64,000 nucleotides of DNA from Raja brachyura (lineage: Eukaryota): contig OY740808.1 of the NCBI GenBank assembly GCA_963514005.1, positions 18,228,001 to 18,292,000 of the forward strand, written 5' to 3'. A program made the position numbers and the translations under genes. Positions 26,180-39,228 of this stretch are shown here, in pieces. Each line of letters starts with the position of its first letter. Within the stretch, counting starts at the first letter, position 1. Under the pieces are notes generated by a model. The model ran no database searches. It saw only the letters and a list, made by a program, of their open reading frames with translations, and was not told where the DNA came from.

Positions 26180-26497
26180 TTTTTAGAGCAACGTCATGGA
26201 AACGGGCTGTTCAGTTCACCGAGTCCACGCCGACCATCGATCACTAGTTCTAAGTCATCCCACTTTTTCATTCACTCACTATACACGGGGGGGGGGGGAA
26301 TTTACACAGGACAATTAAGTTAATCGCAATCTCTAACATCACACGTCTTTGCGGTGTGAGAGGAAATCTGAGCACCTGGAGGAACCCACGATGTGACAGG
26401 GAGAACGTGCAAACTCCACACAGACGGCACTCGAGGTCAGGATGGAACCCGGGTCTCTGGTGCTGTGAGGCAGCAGCTCTATCCGCTGTGCCTCCCA
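26180..26497 (-). mobile_element. HE1-type V-SINE
   Basis: Reverse complement of head, core and tail (GGAGAACGTGCAAACTCCACACAGAC; GAACCCGGGTCTCTGG). Confidence 0.85.
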
Positions 26498-26550
26498 ATG
26501 GTTTTACAGTGGCTAAATGATAGCTTGGGAATCAGGAAATCTGCTATGGA

Positions 26551-26552
<2 letters not shown>

Positions 26553-26610
<58 letters not shown>

Positions 26611-26622
26611 GGGGGGGGGGGG
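26553..26622 (+). repeat. (TG)n microsatellite fused to a poly-G run
   Basis: About 21 TG units followed directly by ~29 G. Confidence 0.95.
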
Positions 26623-27530
26623 AAGGGCAAGTGGATGTGATTTTCTTCCTGCGTCTTCTCCACATCATGAGCATGTGAAACTGCCAAATGTACTTTGCAG
26701 AGATTAGAAATATGATTTTTTTTAAATGCTAATGGAAGATTCAGAAAAATTGTAAAACACCGCCCAGCAATACGTTGTCTGGATTCATAAAGGAAATAAT
26801 AGTCCTAAGTGATCCCACTTTTCATCCACACCCCTAAATGTTATGTACCAGCAGAAGTTAGTGTGCACGTGTGGCGTTGGAATGGATATTATTCATATTG
26901 TTAAGATGATATGTTAATATCAGGTCTTGGCATTTACAGCAGCACATAACACTGCAGCATCCTTCATATAAACCCGGGAGTAATCAGTGGAATAATTCAG
27001 AGATTCTGCACACTTGAATGCTCACAGTTTCAGATGGTCAATGAAAGAGATAATAGCATTAGCTGTCTGAGACTTTAGCTTCCTGGATCCAGACTGTGGC
27101 TAATACACATGATTGGTGCTGAAGTGAAAAAGCCACACTTCATTTTATTGACACGAGCTGATATTGAAATATCAATAGCATGGGGTGATCCATGGAGCTC
27201 AGGTGCCTATTCTTCACTCCCAGTGGTGTGTTTTTCATGAACAGAATTTGTAGCTCGTCTGGTAAGCTGCGAAAACTGCCTGCTAAAACCATGACCCTTT
27301 ATCCGTACTTACCTGAACAAATAAGTGGTGGCTTTCAATGAGCCCAGCCCAGAGTGGCCACGGGCAGTGTGCTGCAGTCAGCATGCACACCTGTGATAAT
27401 CTACCAGCACCATCTCTGTCGGTCTTACCTTGTTGCGAACTGTCTGCTAATATATTTGCATGAAATTCCTTTGTGCGCTAATTCGATAAAAGACGAAACC
27501 ATTCATCTCAAATGGGATTGATATATTTGA

Positions 27531-27695
27531 GTGTGTAGGAAGCAACAGCAGATGCTGGTTTATATTGAAGATAGACACAAAATGCTGGAGTAACTCAGCG
27601 GGTCAGTTCTACAGAGATGTTGCCTGTCCCAGAGTTACTCCAGCATTTTGTGTCGATCTTCAGTGTAAACCAGCATGTGCAATTCCTTCCTACAC
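27531..27695. mobile_element. Fold-back Penelope-like unit (hammerhead centre deleted)
   Basis: GTGTGTAGGAAG...GACACAAAATGCTGGAGTAACTC / GAGTTACTCCAGCATTTTGTGTC...CTTCCTACAC inverted arms. Confidence 0.85.
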
Positions 27696-27899
27696 ATTCA
27701 GTGCATCTTGCATCATGTTCAGCACAGATATTGTGGGCTGTAGGTTTTGTATGGAGTGCCTTGTAGAATGGTCATTTTTCACTCTGGTTCTCAGCAACAG
27801 GATCACCATTGTCACCCTACTGACATTTACTTAGGATACCTTGGCCCTCTGTATTTGACATCCATACCAGAGACTATTAAATCAAATTCTTAACCCAAG

Positions 27900-28074
27900 C
27901 TGTCATTATACCTCCTTTTGTAGCTTTTTTTTGGTTATAAATCATGTTTCTCTGGGTATCTAAATTTTTTGTTGTTTAAGTTATGACATCGGATGGAAGC
28001 TGAATACCAAATCTCGTTGCACCTATGTGCAATGTCAATAAAATATCATATTATTATTATTATTATTATTATTA
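27900..28074 (+). mobile_element. LINE-type 3' tail ending in (ATT)n
   Basis: AAGTTATGACATCGGATGGAAG...CAAATCTCGTTGC...CAATAAAATAT(ATT)n; reverse-complement copy at 41343-41480. Confidence 0.65.
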
Positions 28075-29619
28075 TGTCTACTTTTATTTGAGCACACTCC
28101 TGTGACGTGTCTTGGGATGTTCACTATATCCATGGCAGCATATAACTGTTTGGTCGTAGGCCAGAGTGGAACTCTGTGTATCTTTTTTTGCAATTGGCCG
28201 CATGATTAATTTTTATTTCAAATGTATTGCCATATGTTGCGGAGAGGAGGAAATATAATTTAAGCTTGGTTGGCAAACTTTTGAATGCACGCAGATTGCC
28301 TAGAAGAGGAGGGAAGCATTTGATGCATATTCATTGAATTTATTTCCAATGATATTCCTGTGTTTGGACAAAAAGAAATAGGAAACAGCTGCTTTCCTGC
28401 AGGAAATAGATGTTTGCAAATTAGCAGGCAGCCCCAAACTACCTAACTTAATGAAAAGTAGGGGATGTACCTTGGAGGAAGGGTATTCTCGGCAAAATAA
28501 GGCCTTGATCCTTTCTGCTTGACACTGTAACAAGGGGATGATTTGTGTAGGAGAGAGGGAATTAACTAGGCAGATGGAGACTCTGTCAGTGAAGGTTAGC
28601 TCTCACTTTGGCTTGGCTGTAGACCAAAATGTAATCAATTAATGGCAATTATAAAGGGAAATTTTCTGCTGTGAACTTTGCCCGGTGTGGGCTGAGTTAA
28701 GACTGCCCAAATTCATTTTACTTAGGAAACATTACCAGCCATTATAGAAAAAGGAATACTTATCTTACCCTGACCAGATTTCAAGCTTTGATCCCTGAGG
28801 GGAAAGGTCATGGTACTTATTGACTGCACAGCCTTTTCCCTGGTGAATATTTGTGTTCATTCTGAGGCCCGTTCTGCAGAGAACTGGACACCGCTCCTAA
28901 TAATCAATATAATTTAGAAAAATCAGTTTAAAAGAACTGGGCTGCCACTTCCTGATTGACACCAATCTATCCTGAACATATAGCGAATATGGAATAGTGA
29001 ACATTTTCTGACCTTGTCAATTTAATAGAAAATACAGATTTTGTTTGCTAATAATTCCCCTCCCCCCCCACACCTACCAGCCTTGTTTTTAATTGGCGGT
29101 ACACGAGATGCAGATTGGCCTTTTGTTAATGATGAGGACCCAAGTCAGTGGTGAAATCTATCGCAGAGCAATTGGTCAACTTAGAGTTTGTAGTTAAATG
29201 GGGACATCAGCCAGGTGCTGCAGTGGCCCTGTGGTGCACAGACTGAACAACACCCAACACTGTCCACCCATGGAGCCTCCTACATCCTCAGTATAGCTTC
29301 AGACACCATGTACATGCTAAAGTGTTAACTTTGATTAGAATGCAAAAAAATGTATTACCCTACGCATTCGGTTCGGACAGATTCTCCCATAACAGTGCAT
29401 TGAATTTGGACAAGTTGGAAAATTCCTGGCACTGGAATTTAAATACATGGTAAAGGTAGTATGAATACAAGTGTTCACGTACTCGAAGGGGCAAGTGTAC
29501 TGAGATTACACCACTCATTAGATGAGCAAATGGCTGGATTAAGTGACTAGAGGTGAAATGGGAACAAATATCAGATAAACAGAGAAGAGGAGGAATGAAA
29601 TGTAAAGCTGGAGGAGGGA

Positions 29620-29840
29620 TTATCTAGCCTTTGTCACTTACTCCGCCCATCTGCAAACCCCTCCCCCCCCCCACCTGTATCCACTTATTACTTTCCAGAC
29701 TTCGTCAAACTCACTCCCTCTGTTTTCCAGCTCTCTCACCCCTTCCCCAGTCAGTCAGAGGAAGGTCCTGACCCTGTCCATTCCCTGCACAGAGGCAGCC
29801 TGACCTGCTAAGTCATCTCAGCACTTTATTGTCTCGCTCA
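29620..29840 (+). mobile_element. Degenerate Penelope-like 3' region
   Basis: CCCCCCACCTGTATCCACTTATTACTTTCCAG leader, CAGTCAGAGGAAGGTCCTGACCC, then downstream consensus. Confidence 0.6.
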
Positions 29841-30524
29841 ATAAATGCTAGGATTTAATTTCTAAATAAGGAGCACAGGGTGTGTTTTTATTTTTCAAGA
29901 AACTAATATAACCAGAATTGGTTATTTTGCAGTTCATTTCTGCTGAAGCTCGCTATGAACAATCTCTTTGAACCCCTGTTATGGAAAATGTGTCATGTAA
30001 TGAAATGTTGGACTTGGAAAACCTTCGCTGTGTAGCCCGATGCAAACGGTGAACAATTGCCCAAGTCCCGATCTTGCAATCGAGCCTGATGTGTTCGCAC
30101 GTATGGGTGGCCGCCTCTCACAAATTGCCAAAATCAATCGAAGGTTGCTCAGTGTGATATTCTGGTCAAACATGACCAGCCGTAATTTTTCAAACTTGTA
30201 TTAAAAAAAGTTACTCGCATTCATCTTCTGCTACGTTTGTACGACTTTATGATTTATTTAATATTATTACTTTTACTTATCACCCTCCGCTTTAGCTTCT
30301 GTTAAAATAGAACTGGAGTATTGAATCCATTGTAGCAAGTGCATTGTAAACCATGTATCGCAATCGGATGGAACAGTTTCTTATTTTAAATCAAGGCTGC
30401 CATTTCTAAAGAAACCAAAAACAACCAGGAATTTTCAAATGAATTTACTCCTACAATTTTTTTAGGCTTTTGCTCTTTTGATCCAAATGATGGTGAAGCT
30501 TTAAATTTAATACTGGATGGTTTG

Positions 30525-30800
30525 GCCTTGAGGTGAAAGGGGAGAGATTTAAGGGACCTCAGGTGCAACTTTTTCACTCATAGGGTAATTCGTCTCTGGA
30601 ACAAGCTGCCAGAGGATGCTGCAGAAGTAGACACAATCAATTATTTTTAGAGAAGTTTGGACAGACATATGGATGGGAAGGTTTCCGAGGGATATGGGCC
30701 AAGTGGAGTTAAATGGACTAGCTTCAGTGGGGCATCGTGGTGGGCATGGACAATGTGGGCCAAAGGGCCTGTTTATGAGCCGCACAGTTCTGATTCTCTA
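30525..30800 (+). mobile_element. CR1-type LINE 3' fragment
   Basis: AGGTGAAAGGGGAGAGATTTAA...CTGGAACAAGCTGCCAGAGG...GGGCCAAAGGGCCTGTTT tail. Confidence 0.8.
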
Positions 30801-33800
30801 TAACTTTATATCTGGTGGATAAAGTGCTATTCCAAACAAGCAATCGTTGCAAATAAATATTTCCAATCCAGTTGCTGTGTTTGCAGAGGATGTCAGGGAA
30901 TGGCTGCGCGGGAGCTCCAGGACAACCTTTCACCATCTTGAGATTCCCCATCTAATTTAATTCCTCTTTTTTTCTCTATTGACGAATCTCTCTATGACCC
31001 ATTTCCTATCCCCCAAAGTATTGGCCAACGGGATATTACTAGAGTCAATGAAAGCATATTTCTGTAGCACTATACAACCATGTTGGGGAATCAGGAGGAT
31101 GGTTACGGCTTGGGAGGACATGGTGTGTTACAGCAAGCCCTTGCTTCAGCAGCACCAAGTAGCCCACTGCTGGCCTTTCTCCCTTCACATTGTTCCCTTC
31201 AAATCACTGCAAGAGGAAATGATGATTTCACCCACCCTGCGTGCTTTTAATAGTGGCCTGTGGTGTTTTCACCAACTCTGATATGGTAATATTGCTTTGC
31301 TTGTTTTCCATTGAATAAAACAGCATAGTTCATTGTATTCTAGTGGTATGCTTTTTTAAGGAAAAACAAATTAAGTTAAGGTAATCACTTCTGTAACAAA
31401 AATGTAAGTTTCCTTTTGGCCTGTGTCCCTGCCAGAGTAGAGTTTGTTTACACAAGATATCAATGCCAATTGAAAATAAATGAATTTCCTTTCCCTGGAT
31501 CTCAGTGCCTCATCTATAGTTGTGAATCGTGTCGAGGTCTTTTCCAATATATTCCCCACATCTTTCGCAAGACTGGCCTGAAGCTAACTTCCAGGAGAGT
31601 TTATGTGAGTGCCTCTGTTTATGATTCTATTTTCTCCCTTCTTTTATTCCCCGTAACCTTCCGAGGAACAGGCCGGAACCGCGCCATTGCTTTCACGCAA
31701 TGCACGACTGAGAGTGGGAACCTTGAGTTCAAACTCCTCCACAGCCACACTCCCACAACAATCTCATCTGCCAGTACTAACTTAAAAAATTAGTCTCCTT
31801 GTATCCGTCTCAGAACTCAAAAGTGCACTAGCAGTTAGTATCCATAGTGATGTCCAAAAAAACACGGGTGTAAAACCGTTTGTAGAAAAATTAACTTTGT
31901 CTTGGACTGACTTCAAAGCAATTATCTAATCCCAAGGTTCAGACAATGTTTCATGTAGTGCGACCTTGGCTTTTATGGTTGATGATATCATCTGAACACC
32001 TTTGTTAAATTATTGGTTTGTAATCGCTGGCAAGAGCTGATTATTTTTGTAAGAAGGTGATTTTATGCACGTAGAATTTCCAGTAAAATCTATCGAATAT
32101 CCGAAACTCTTTTCATTGGTTCACTTTGTTAATGTCAAATATCTTTTATGAAATATTATTGTTCATCAATATTGATATTCACACCACCTGGCAGATTATG
32201 AGAGTGGGAAATTAAAACAATCCTGCAGGTTTTAGTTTATTGAAGCTGAGCGAAGAATGTATTTTTGTAGAAAAGTTTCCATCATTAATTACATAGCTGC
32301 AATGAAGTTCTGCTTTCATGTGTCAGGCCAGGGGAATTTTGCCAGCGGTAATTGTAAAAATTCAATTTACCTACAACCATCACAACTATTTCTTCAAAGA
32401 CTGTTGCTCTTTCTCATAATATTTTAAGACAATAATCAGCATAACACTTTTTAATCCAGCTAACCATTTTTAGAAGCATTGAAATTCATTGCATGAAAAT
32501 AAACATAGTTATGGAGCATGTGAACGGAGAATGGTTTAAAAAAGGTAATTCCTCTCCACTGACACGTTAAAGCAGAACTTTAATGCAGCTGTATTAATGA
32601 TGGAAACTTTAAAAAAAAATACTTAAAACTTAAAAAAAAAATACATCCAGCTTCAATACATTCAAAACTGCAGAACATTACAGATAAAGCTACTTTTAAT
32701 TTAAAAGGTAATTTATTATCTATATGTAAAATAGAAATGTTATGATACTGTGAAATCATGTGCTGCATTTTCACTGGAGCACTTGAGGGACAAGTAGTTG
32801 TCGGACTCAAGCTTGTTTCTATGATTAGTGTTGCAACATTTACTATCAGAGAGATAAGTTTCTTCTTTGGTCCCCTCCCTGGAGTCTTGCCGAGATAGCA
32901 TTACCGTGGCATTGTTACTCCTCCAGGACTGTTGGCCAGCGGCCATTATTCACGTACAAGATTGGTGAGTGCTGCTGAACCATTCAGCACCAAAAAACAC
33001 CATTGCCCAGTCAAATGTATGTTCCGTTGATGTCAGGATGTCGATATCTCCTGCCTCCTCCCCACCTTGCAACTGATGTTAACATTTGTAAGCAAAGCTC
33101 AGAGGGAGATTAGCCAACTCAGCACAAATTAAAACTCAAACTTGGGACCTTCTAGTGTGCTGTGGATGCCGGTTATAAGCGTATCCACTCCTCATCTATC
33201 AGGGAAGCTGACCAAGATGTTAAGTGTCACTACATGTACATGCAGTAGATAAGTAGATGAATTAAAATCTACTGTAAAAGTTTGTACGGGCAAGAATCTT
33301 TTCTTTGTGAGTTGGCAAATGGCTTTTGGATGTTGATTGATGGGAGAATGGGGAACCAGAGCTAATACTCTGGAAGGTTCAACGATGGCACAGATGGTAG
33401 TCAGCCTTGTTTCCAACCAAACAGATGGTCTCAGAATTGAATGCCAGACCTGTCAGTCTCGCGGTGACTTCCTACCACTGCTTGGATGTGAGCCTCACTA
33501 TCGACGGTGTTGATAGATATGCCAGTCTGATCTACAAGGAGCATGCTTACCTTGCGACGACCACGGCAGCAGCGATGGTGGCAATGTAGAGTAATGCGAG
33601 CCAATTATAACCTTCCCATCCGAAAGGAAACTGTAAACAGTATCCGACAGCGTCTCTGCAGCATCACCATGCAGAAACAATGTAAGCACCAGCTTATCAG
33701 CAAACTGTGTGTACATCAGACAGCTAGTTTATATTAATTAGAAATAGCAGCCACGGAAAAAAAATCATTTTGCACGTGGTCAGTGACAGTTGGTCCTCCT

Positions 33801-33882
33801 GTGCAGTGGGGGTCTCAGTGAGGTCAGTACAATCCAAAATTCCCATCCTTCAGTGTCATTGCACGGGATATTTCGGGCTGCA

Positions 33883-34250
33883 GGTTCATAAGTTCATAGG
33901 TGATAGGAGCAGAATTAGGACATTCGGCCCATCAAGTCTACTCCACCATTCAATCATGGCTGATCTATATCTGCCTCTCAATCCTATTCCCCACCCTTCT
34001 CCCCATAGCCACTGACATCTATATTAAACAAGAATCTCATCTGTCTCTGCCTTAAAACATCCATTGACGGCCTCGACAGCCTTCTATACCAATGAATTCC
34101 ACAGATTTATCGACCCTCTGACTAAAGAAATTCCTCCTCATCTCCTTCCTAAATAAAGGTCCTTTTATTCTGAGGCTATGACCTCTGGTCCAAGACTCTC
34201 CCCTAGTGGAAACATCTTGTCCACATCCACTCTATCCAAGCCTTTCACTA
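33883..34250 (-). mobile_element. CR1-type LINE 3' fragment
   Basis: GGAGCAGAATTAGGACATTCGGCCC...ATCATGGCTGATC...CTCTGGTCCAAGACTCTCCC; same family as 57310-57480. Confidence 0.85.
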
Positions 34251-35867
34251 TGTGCACAGGCTGAAGCACTAGGTAGAACACTAATGGTTCACCCTGCACC
34301 TGCTCAGTTCATATCAAGTGATGTCTTTGTTAGGTATTGGCAACATTCCCCGACGGACATCTCGCTCTTCTGGGTGGTGAACAACGCTCAGGCAGACCAA
34401 AGGACGTCTTTCACCAAGTTGATGACCTTCCAGCAGCATTCGATGTCAGTCTCTGAATGTGTCCCTGGGAACAGTCCGTAAATCACAGAGTCCTCTGTGA
34501 CGGAGCTGTTCGGGATAAAGCGTGCCAGGGACCCTTGCATACTTCTCCAGGCTCCCTTTGCAAATCCACACTCTGCCAAGATTTGTGCTGACTAAACAAT
34601 CAAAGAACGACCATGGAGATTCCAGAGAGACTTGGATCACCATCGTTGCCATGTTGTGGAACATGGTGCACAGCCCTTTGGGAGAGAGTGGTTAGAGAAA
34701 AGGACAACATCAAGACAAGGATGAAAAGTGATGATCATTCACCACTCAGTTGTTGCTTCTTGCCGCAAGCCATATGCAATTGGCCAAATCCACGGAGCCT
34801 CTGCACGAGTTACATTGAGTGGACTTCAGATACCTGGGTCATTATCGATGATGGAGCAATTGATTGGCTCCAGCCGCAAAGTTAGAGAGGTCTCAAATCA
34901 ACATAATCACCAGAGTGAGTTTATGCTGTTTTAATGATGCTGAAAGCCTGAACGAGTCATGTGTTTTAATGTCAAATGTCCTAAACAGAACAATGAAATT
35001 CTTACTTGCAGCAGCGCAACAGAATATATAAACAGTACTCTGTAAACAAAATAAGAAATGATAAACGAGCCTGATGACTATTGGTTATTTAGGGACAAGT
35101 TCCTTGACATAGGCAATTTAAATAATTTTGAAAATAATTCAAATTAAGCAAGACATTGACTGCTTTACACCAATCTAACCAGTTAACTGCTGGGTGACAT
35201 TGTTTCATGATCATGTCCAATTGCTTAAAATTGTTTTACTCTCAGGAGGTGGAAGAGACATGGACCAGGGCTGTTTATTTTGTGAACACACTCCAAATAA
35301 ATCAGCAGCAGCTTCCTGCTCTTCCACAGTAACCAGTAAGCCAGTCTGTTGAAAGAGATTCCAAACCCTCTTGCTTATTGCATTAGTTCATGGCAGATTT
35401 TGGCTTTCGAGATTTGTATAAAGGAATTTAGGCTGAAATCAAGCAAGATCTATTTTAATAACCGATGAAAACTCTCCCGAGAAATGCTATTTAACATACT
35501 AATTTATAAAATAAAGTACATAATAATAATCATTTAAAAGCATCGCATTTGTTCCAGCAATTTAATCACATTGCAGTTTTATTTTCCATGCAGCATGCGA
35601 TGAAATTGTAGGAAAAATGGGATCATTAAATCTAATCAAAAGCTACCATGTAATGAGTTCTGCTCGTTTAATCCATGTACACACACAAACACACAGAGAC
35701 CATGGAGGTGTCTGCAGTCTTCGGGCAGTGCACCATTCATATCCCCTCCTTGAATCCAATTCATGTGTATGCAGTGAACTCCGGAAGTGTGCTTTGTACA
35801 GTGAAGCAGGTCAAGCAGCAGGGAAACCCGGCACCTGTGCTTTTCCAAAGAATCATCATTTCCCTCA

Positions 35868-36208
35868 AAGCGCCCTCCTTCACATTGGCAAGTCCAAGTG
35901 CAGATTAAGCAATTGATTTGCCGTACACCTGCACTCCGTCCACCCAGGCCTGCTGGATCTCCCAGTCGCTCACAATTTTAACTCCCCTTCCCATTCCCAC
36001 GCTGTCAGTTTCTGTCCTGGGCCTCCTCCATTGCCAGCATGAGGCCACAGCACCTCATATTCTGCTTGGATAGCTCACAACCCGGTCTGAAGAAGGATCT
36101 CGACCCGAAAAGTCACCCATTCCTTCTCTCCAGAGATGCTGCCTGTCCCCGCGGAGTTACTCCAGCTTTTTGTAACTATCCAGCGGCTTGCGTGTCGAAT
36201 TCTCCAAT
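35868..36208 (+). mobile_element. Penelope-like element GIY-YIG endonuclease remnant, interrupted by a hammerhead-bearing unit (36084-~36178)
   Basis: Translates with a stop and frameshifts as LLHIGKSKCRLSN*FAVHLHSV..DLPVAHNFNSPSHSH../SVLGLLHC../QHLIFCLDSSQP|insert|SG..VEFSN, matching the YIGxTxRxLxxRxxEH...PVAxHF...LQPxGxN pattern of PLE endonucleases. Confidence 0.8.
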
Positions 36209-37309
36209 ATGCAAGGGAATACTGGAATATTCCCCTATTCGGTACTTCCTGCCCTAGGTTTGGATAGTCTCATCAATGCTTCTAAAGGGGTGCAGCTGGA
36301 ATAGATGTACGCGACTCCCGGTTTGCTTTCAATGCACTGTCTATCGTTTGAATACAATTAATGAAGAAGATTCAGCCAGTACGCATATTTCAGCACGGGA
36401 TGAGGATGGGGTGGGAGGGTAATAGGGAGAGGGGTTTGGGTGGAGGTGCATGGTGGGGCGATGCGGAAGGAGATACCTTCCTTCACAGGATGAACATGAA
36501 GAAATTAGTGCTAAAATAACCGAATGCCTTTCATTCTGATTTACAAAGCACCTATTGCATGGAAATTAGTTGAAAACACACCATCTAACTGTAGCTTGTC
36601 TCTGCGCTGTTTTCTTGCCTGCATATGGTGTCACGACTGTAGATAAGTAGGTGCCAGGTCTAAATTATTCAACCAGCAAGCACTAGCATCTAGACAGTAA
36701 ACTCTTTGGCTCTGTTTTCATAAGGCTTGCACAATCTTGCAAACCTAATGGTGTGTGACATCCTGTTCAGAAATAGGCAGATTTGAGAAGTTTGTTGAAC
36801 AATCCTTTTGTTATAATTATATTCCCCAGTCACACGAGGACAACAATTAAATACTCCTTGGACTTTAAGGGACATGCTTAATCATGCTTATTGCAAAAAC
36901 ATATTTTAGAAAAGCAGATGGTAGCAACTAAACTCATGAAGCATACTGCAATCTGCCTGAATGTTATAACCCTTTTGTGAGTGCTGGCTTGGGTCAGTGG
37001 CTCCCTATTCTCTGAGTCGGAAGTTTTAGATTAAGCACAAATCTGATGCGGCTGATGCTTTTGAGCAGCATTAATGGATATTTAAACCAGTGTGGTTTGG
37101 GATGTGAAATTAGGTTTTATTTCATTTACAGTCACGTTTTCATGTTTTCAAAGCTGAACATTAAGAATACAATGCATTAAGATTTCTGTAATTGGTCTTT
37201 GTCTGACAGTTGTCAACAGTGATATTGTCAGAGCGATATTTCTTCCCAACCCTCCATATTCATCTGTGCTTAAGTAAGAAATGTCTTTGTTAAAATAGCG
37301 AGAAAAAAG

Positions 37310-37830
37310 GTTTGTGAAAACACCTTGGACACCATGTGCCCTAGCTTTTTGCTCTAATCAAATGCGGGGAGCTTGTCAAAACCTTCCTAAAGCCCATGTA
37401 CAGAACATCGCCTTGCCTACATCATTTTCCTTTATAATCAGCTCAAAAGTCGCAGCCAGATTTGTGAGGGAGAGCTTTCCCTGCACAGACCACACTGACT
37501 CCCCATAATCAATCTCTGATTCTCCAAGGGATCATACTTCCTGTCTCCAAGATTTTTTTCCCATAGTTTCCCTGCCGCTGATGTAAAGCTGATGGGCCTG
37601 TGGTTTCCTGGTTTATCCCCACCACTCTTCCAGAATATGGGAGTAGTGTTTGCTACCCTCCAGTCTTGCAGTCCCTCACCGTAGATGACGTAGCAGTCTC
37701 TGGCCGAGACCCAGGAATCTCCTGCCTTGTTTCCCATCAACCCCTGCGATCGATTTATTCGGGCTCCGGGGATTTGTCCATGGCAGTGTGCATCTACAGA
37801 CCTTACACTTCCTCTTTCTTGAAGCACATC
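37310..37830 (-). mobile_element. CR1 LINE internal ORF2 (RT N-terminal) fragment, degenerate
   Basis: ORF 37438-37827: DWRVANTTPIFWKSGGDKPGNHRPISFTSAAGKLWE resembles the CR1 motif WRxANVTPIFKKG..PGNYRPVSLTS. Confidence 0.85.
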
Positions 37831-38034
37831 ATTCTCTTAGCCTTGGAGGTTCAGAAAGCTTTCTCAGCCTTGTTATGGGCCAGTATCATTGTGAAACGAT
37901 GTGCAGGCAAGTGTAAAAGATCTGCCCGCCTGCACCGGGGAAGTGGCGGCATGATTGAGTGTGGTCCTCTGGCCGTAGATGGAGTGGGCAGTATTGGAGA
38001 AGGTCAGCACACGATGGCGACAGCGAGTGATGAG

Positions 38035-38192
38035 AGACACAAAATGCTGGAGTAACTCAGCGGGACAGGCAGCATCTCTGGAGAGAAGTCTCCCATTCCT
38101 TCTATCCAGAGATGTTGCCTGTCCCGCTGAGTTACTCCAGCATTTTGTGTCTATCTTGAGTGTACACCAGCATCTGCAGCTCCTTCCTTCAC
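38035..38192. mobile_element. Fold-back Penelope-like unit with 12-bp TSD
   Basis: 54-bp inverted arms (38035-38088 / 38099-38152, 2 mismatches); flanking AGTGATGAGAGA at 38026-38037 and 38199-38210. Confidence 0.9.
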
Positions 38193-38470
38193 ATGGCTAG
38201 TGATGAGAGATGTCCGCAAGAGGCAAACTTGGCAAGTAGAGCGCACTGTTTCAAGGTGGGCTCAGTGAGTAGAAAGTTGGTTTGCAACCTTGGAGTGTCT
38301 CTTGTTTTTGGATCAGTATTTGATTTTGAAGCATCCATCTGTTTGACATTATTTTACATGTAAATATCATGTGAATTTAAACGTCAGTGAAAGAAGTACA
38401 CCCAAGATGGTTGAACCAAATCCTGTGTTCGGTTTATATAGGTCTGAGTCATAGTTTAACAAATGTGGAG

Positions 38471-38678
38471 ACACCAGAAACTGCAGATGCTGGTTTACAG
38501 AAAAAGACCCAAAGTGCTGCAGTAACTCAGTGGGTCAGGCGACATCTCTGGAGAACATGGATAGGTGACGTTTCGGATCGGGACTCTTCAGACTGAAGGC
38601 TCTTGTCACCAATCCATGTTCTCCAGAGATGCTGCCTGGCCCACTGAGTTAGTCCAGCACTTTGTGCATTTTGTTTTC
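38471..38678. mobile_element. Fold-back Penelope-like unit with 13-bp TSD
   Basis: Antisense arm running through the hammerhead, then a sense arm; AACAAATG(T/C)GGAG at 38458-38470 and 38679-38691. Confidence 0.85.
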
Positions 38679-38854
38679 AACAAATGCGGAGTTGTTTGCT
38701 GGTAAAAGCATAGCTACGTTGGAGATAACATTAAATCCTAAACTGCTTGACTCACTAGTTATGGTGATTAAACTACTATTCAAAAGTCATTTACAAACTC
38801 TGTCCCGAGAGTTGGAAACCACTGTCACATTCTGAATTATCTGAAGGGATCTAC

Positions 38855-39228
38855 AGGAGGCGCTACCTCATAAAGGCAGTCAGTATCATCAAAGACCCAC
38901 ACCACCCTGGCCACACTCTCATCTCACTGCTACCATCAGGGAGAAGGTACAGGAGCCTGAAAACGGTGTCCTCCAGGCTCGAGAACAGCTTCTTCCCAAC
39001 AACCTTCAGGCTCTTGAACACTGCACAACACCAACCACTACCGTGGACTGTGTCCTTTTGGACTTCAGCTTGTACGACTGTTATTAATTTATTGTATCTT
39101 GATTATTATATATATATATACCTGTGTTGTTGCATTAATGAGCCTATTAGGCTGGAGCAAGGAAGAACTTCACTGTTCCATTACGGTACATGACCATTAA
39201 ACAGTCCTGAATCGACTCTTGACTCTTG
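38855..39228 (+). mobile_element. Rex1/Babar-type LINE 3' fragment
   Basis: ATCATCAAAGACCCACACCACCCTGGCCACACTCTCATCTC...AGAAGGTACAGGAGCCTG matches 8235-8310; (CTCTTGA)n tail. Confidence 0.85.

Noticed and set aside
26393-26707. ORF with CVCVCV/poly-Gly
   Set aside because: Artefact of an antisense SINE plus (TG)n/poly-G microsatellite.
33430-33490. NARPVSLAVTS resembling the LINE NYRPVSLTS motif
   Set aside because: Too short, with no neighbouring RT motifs.
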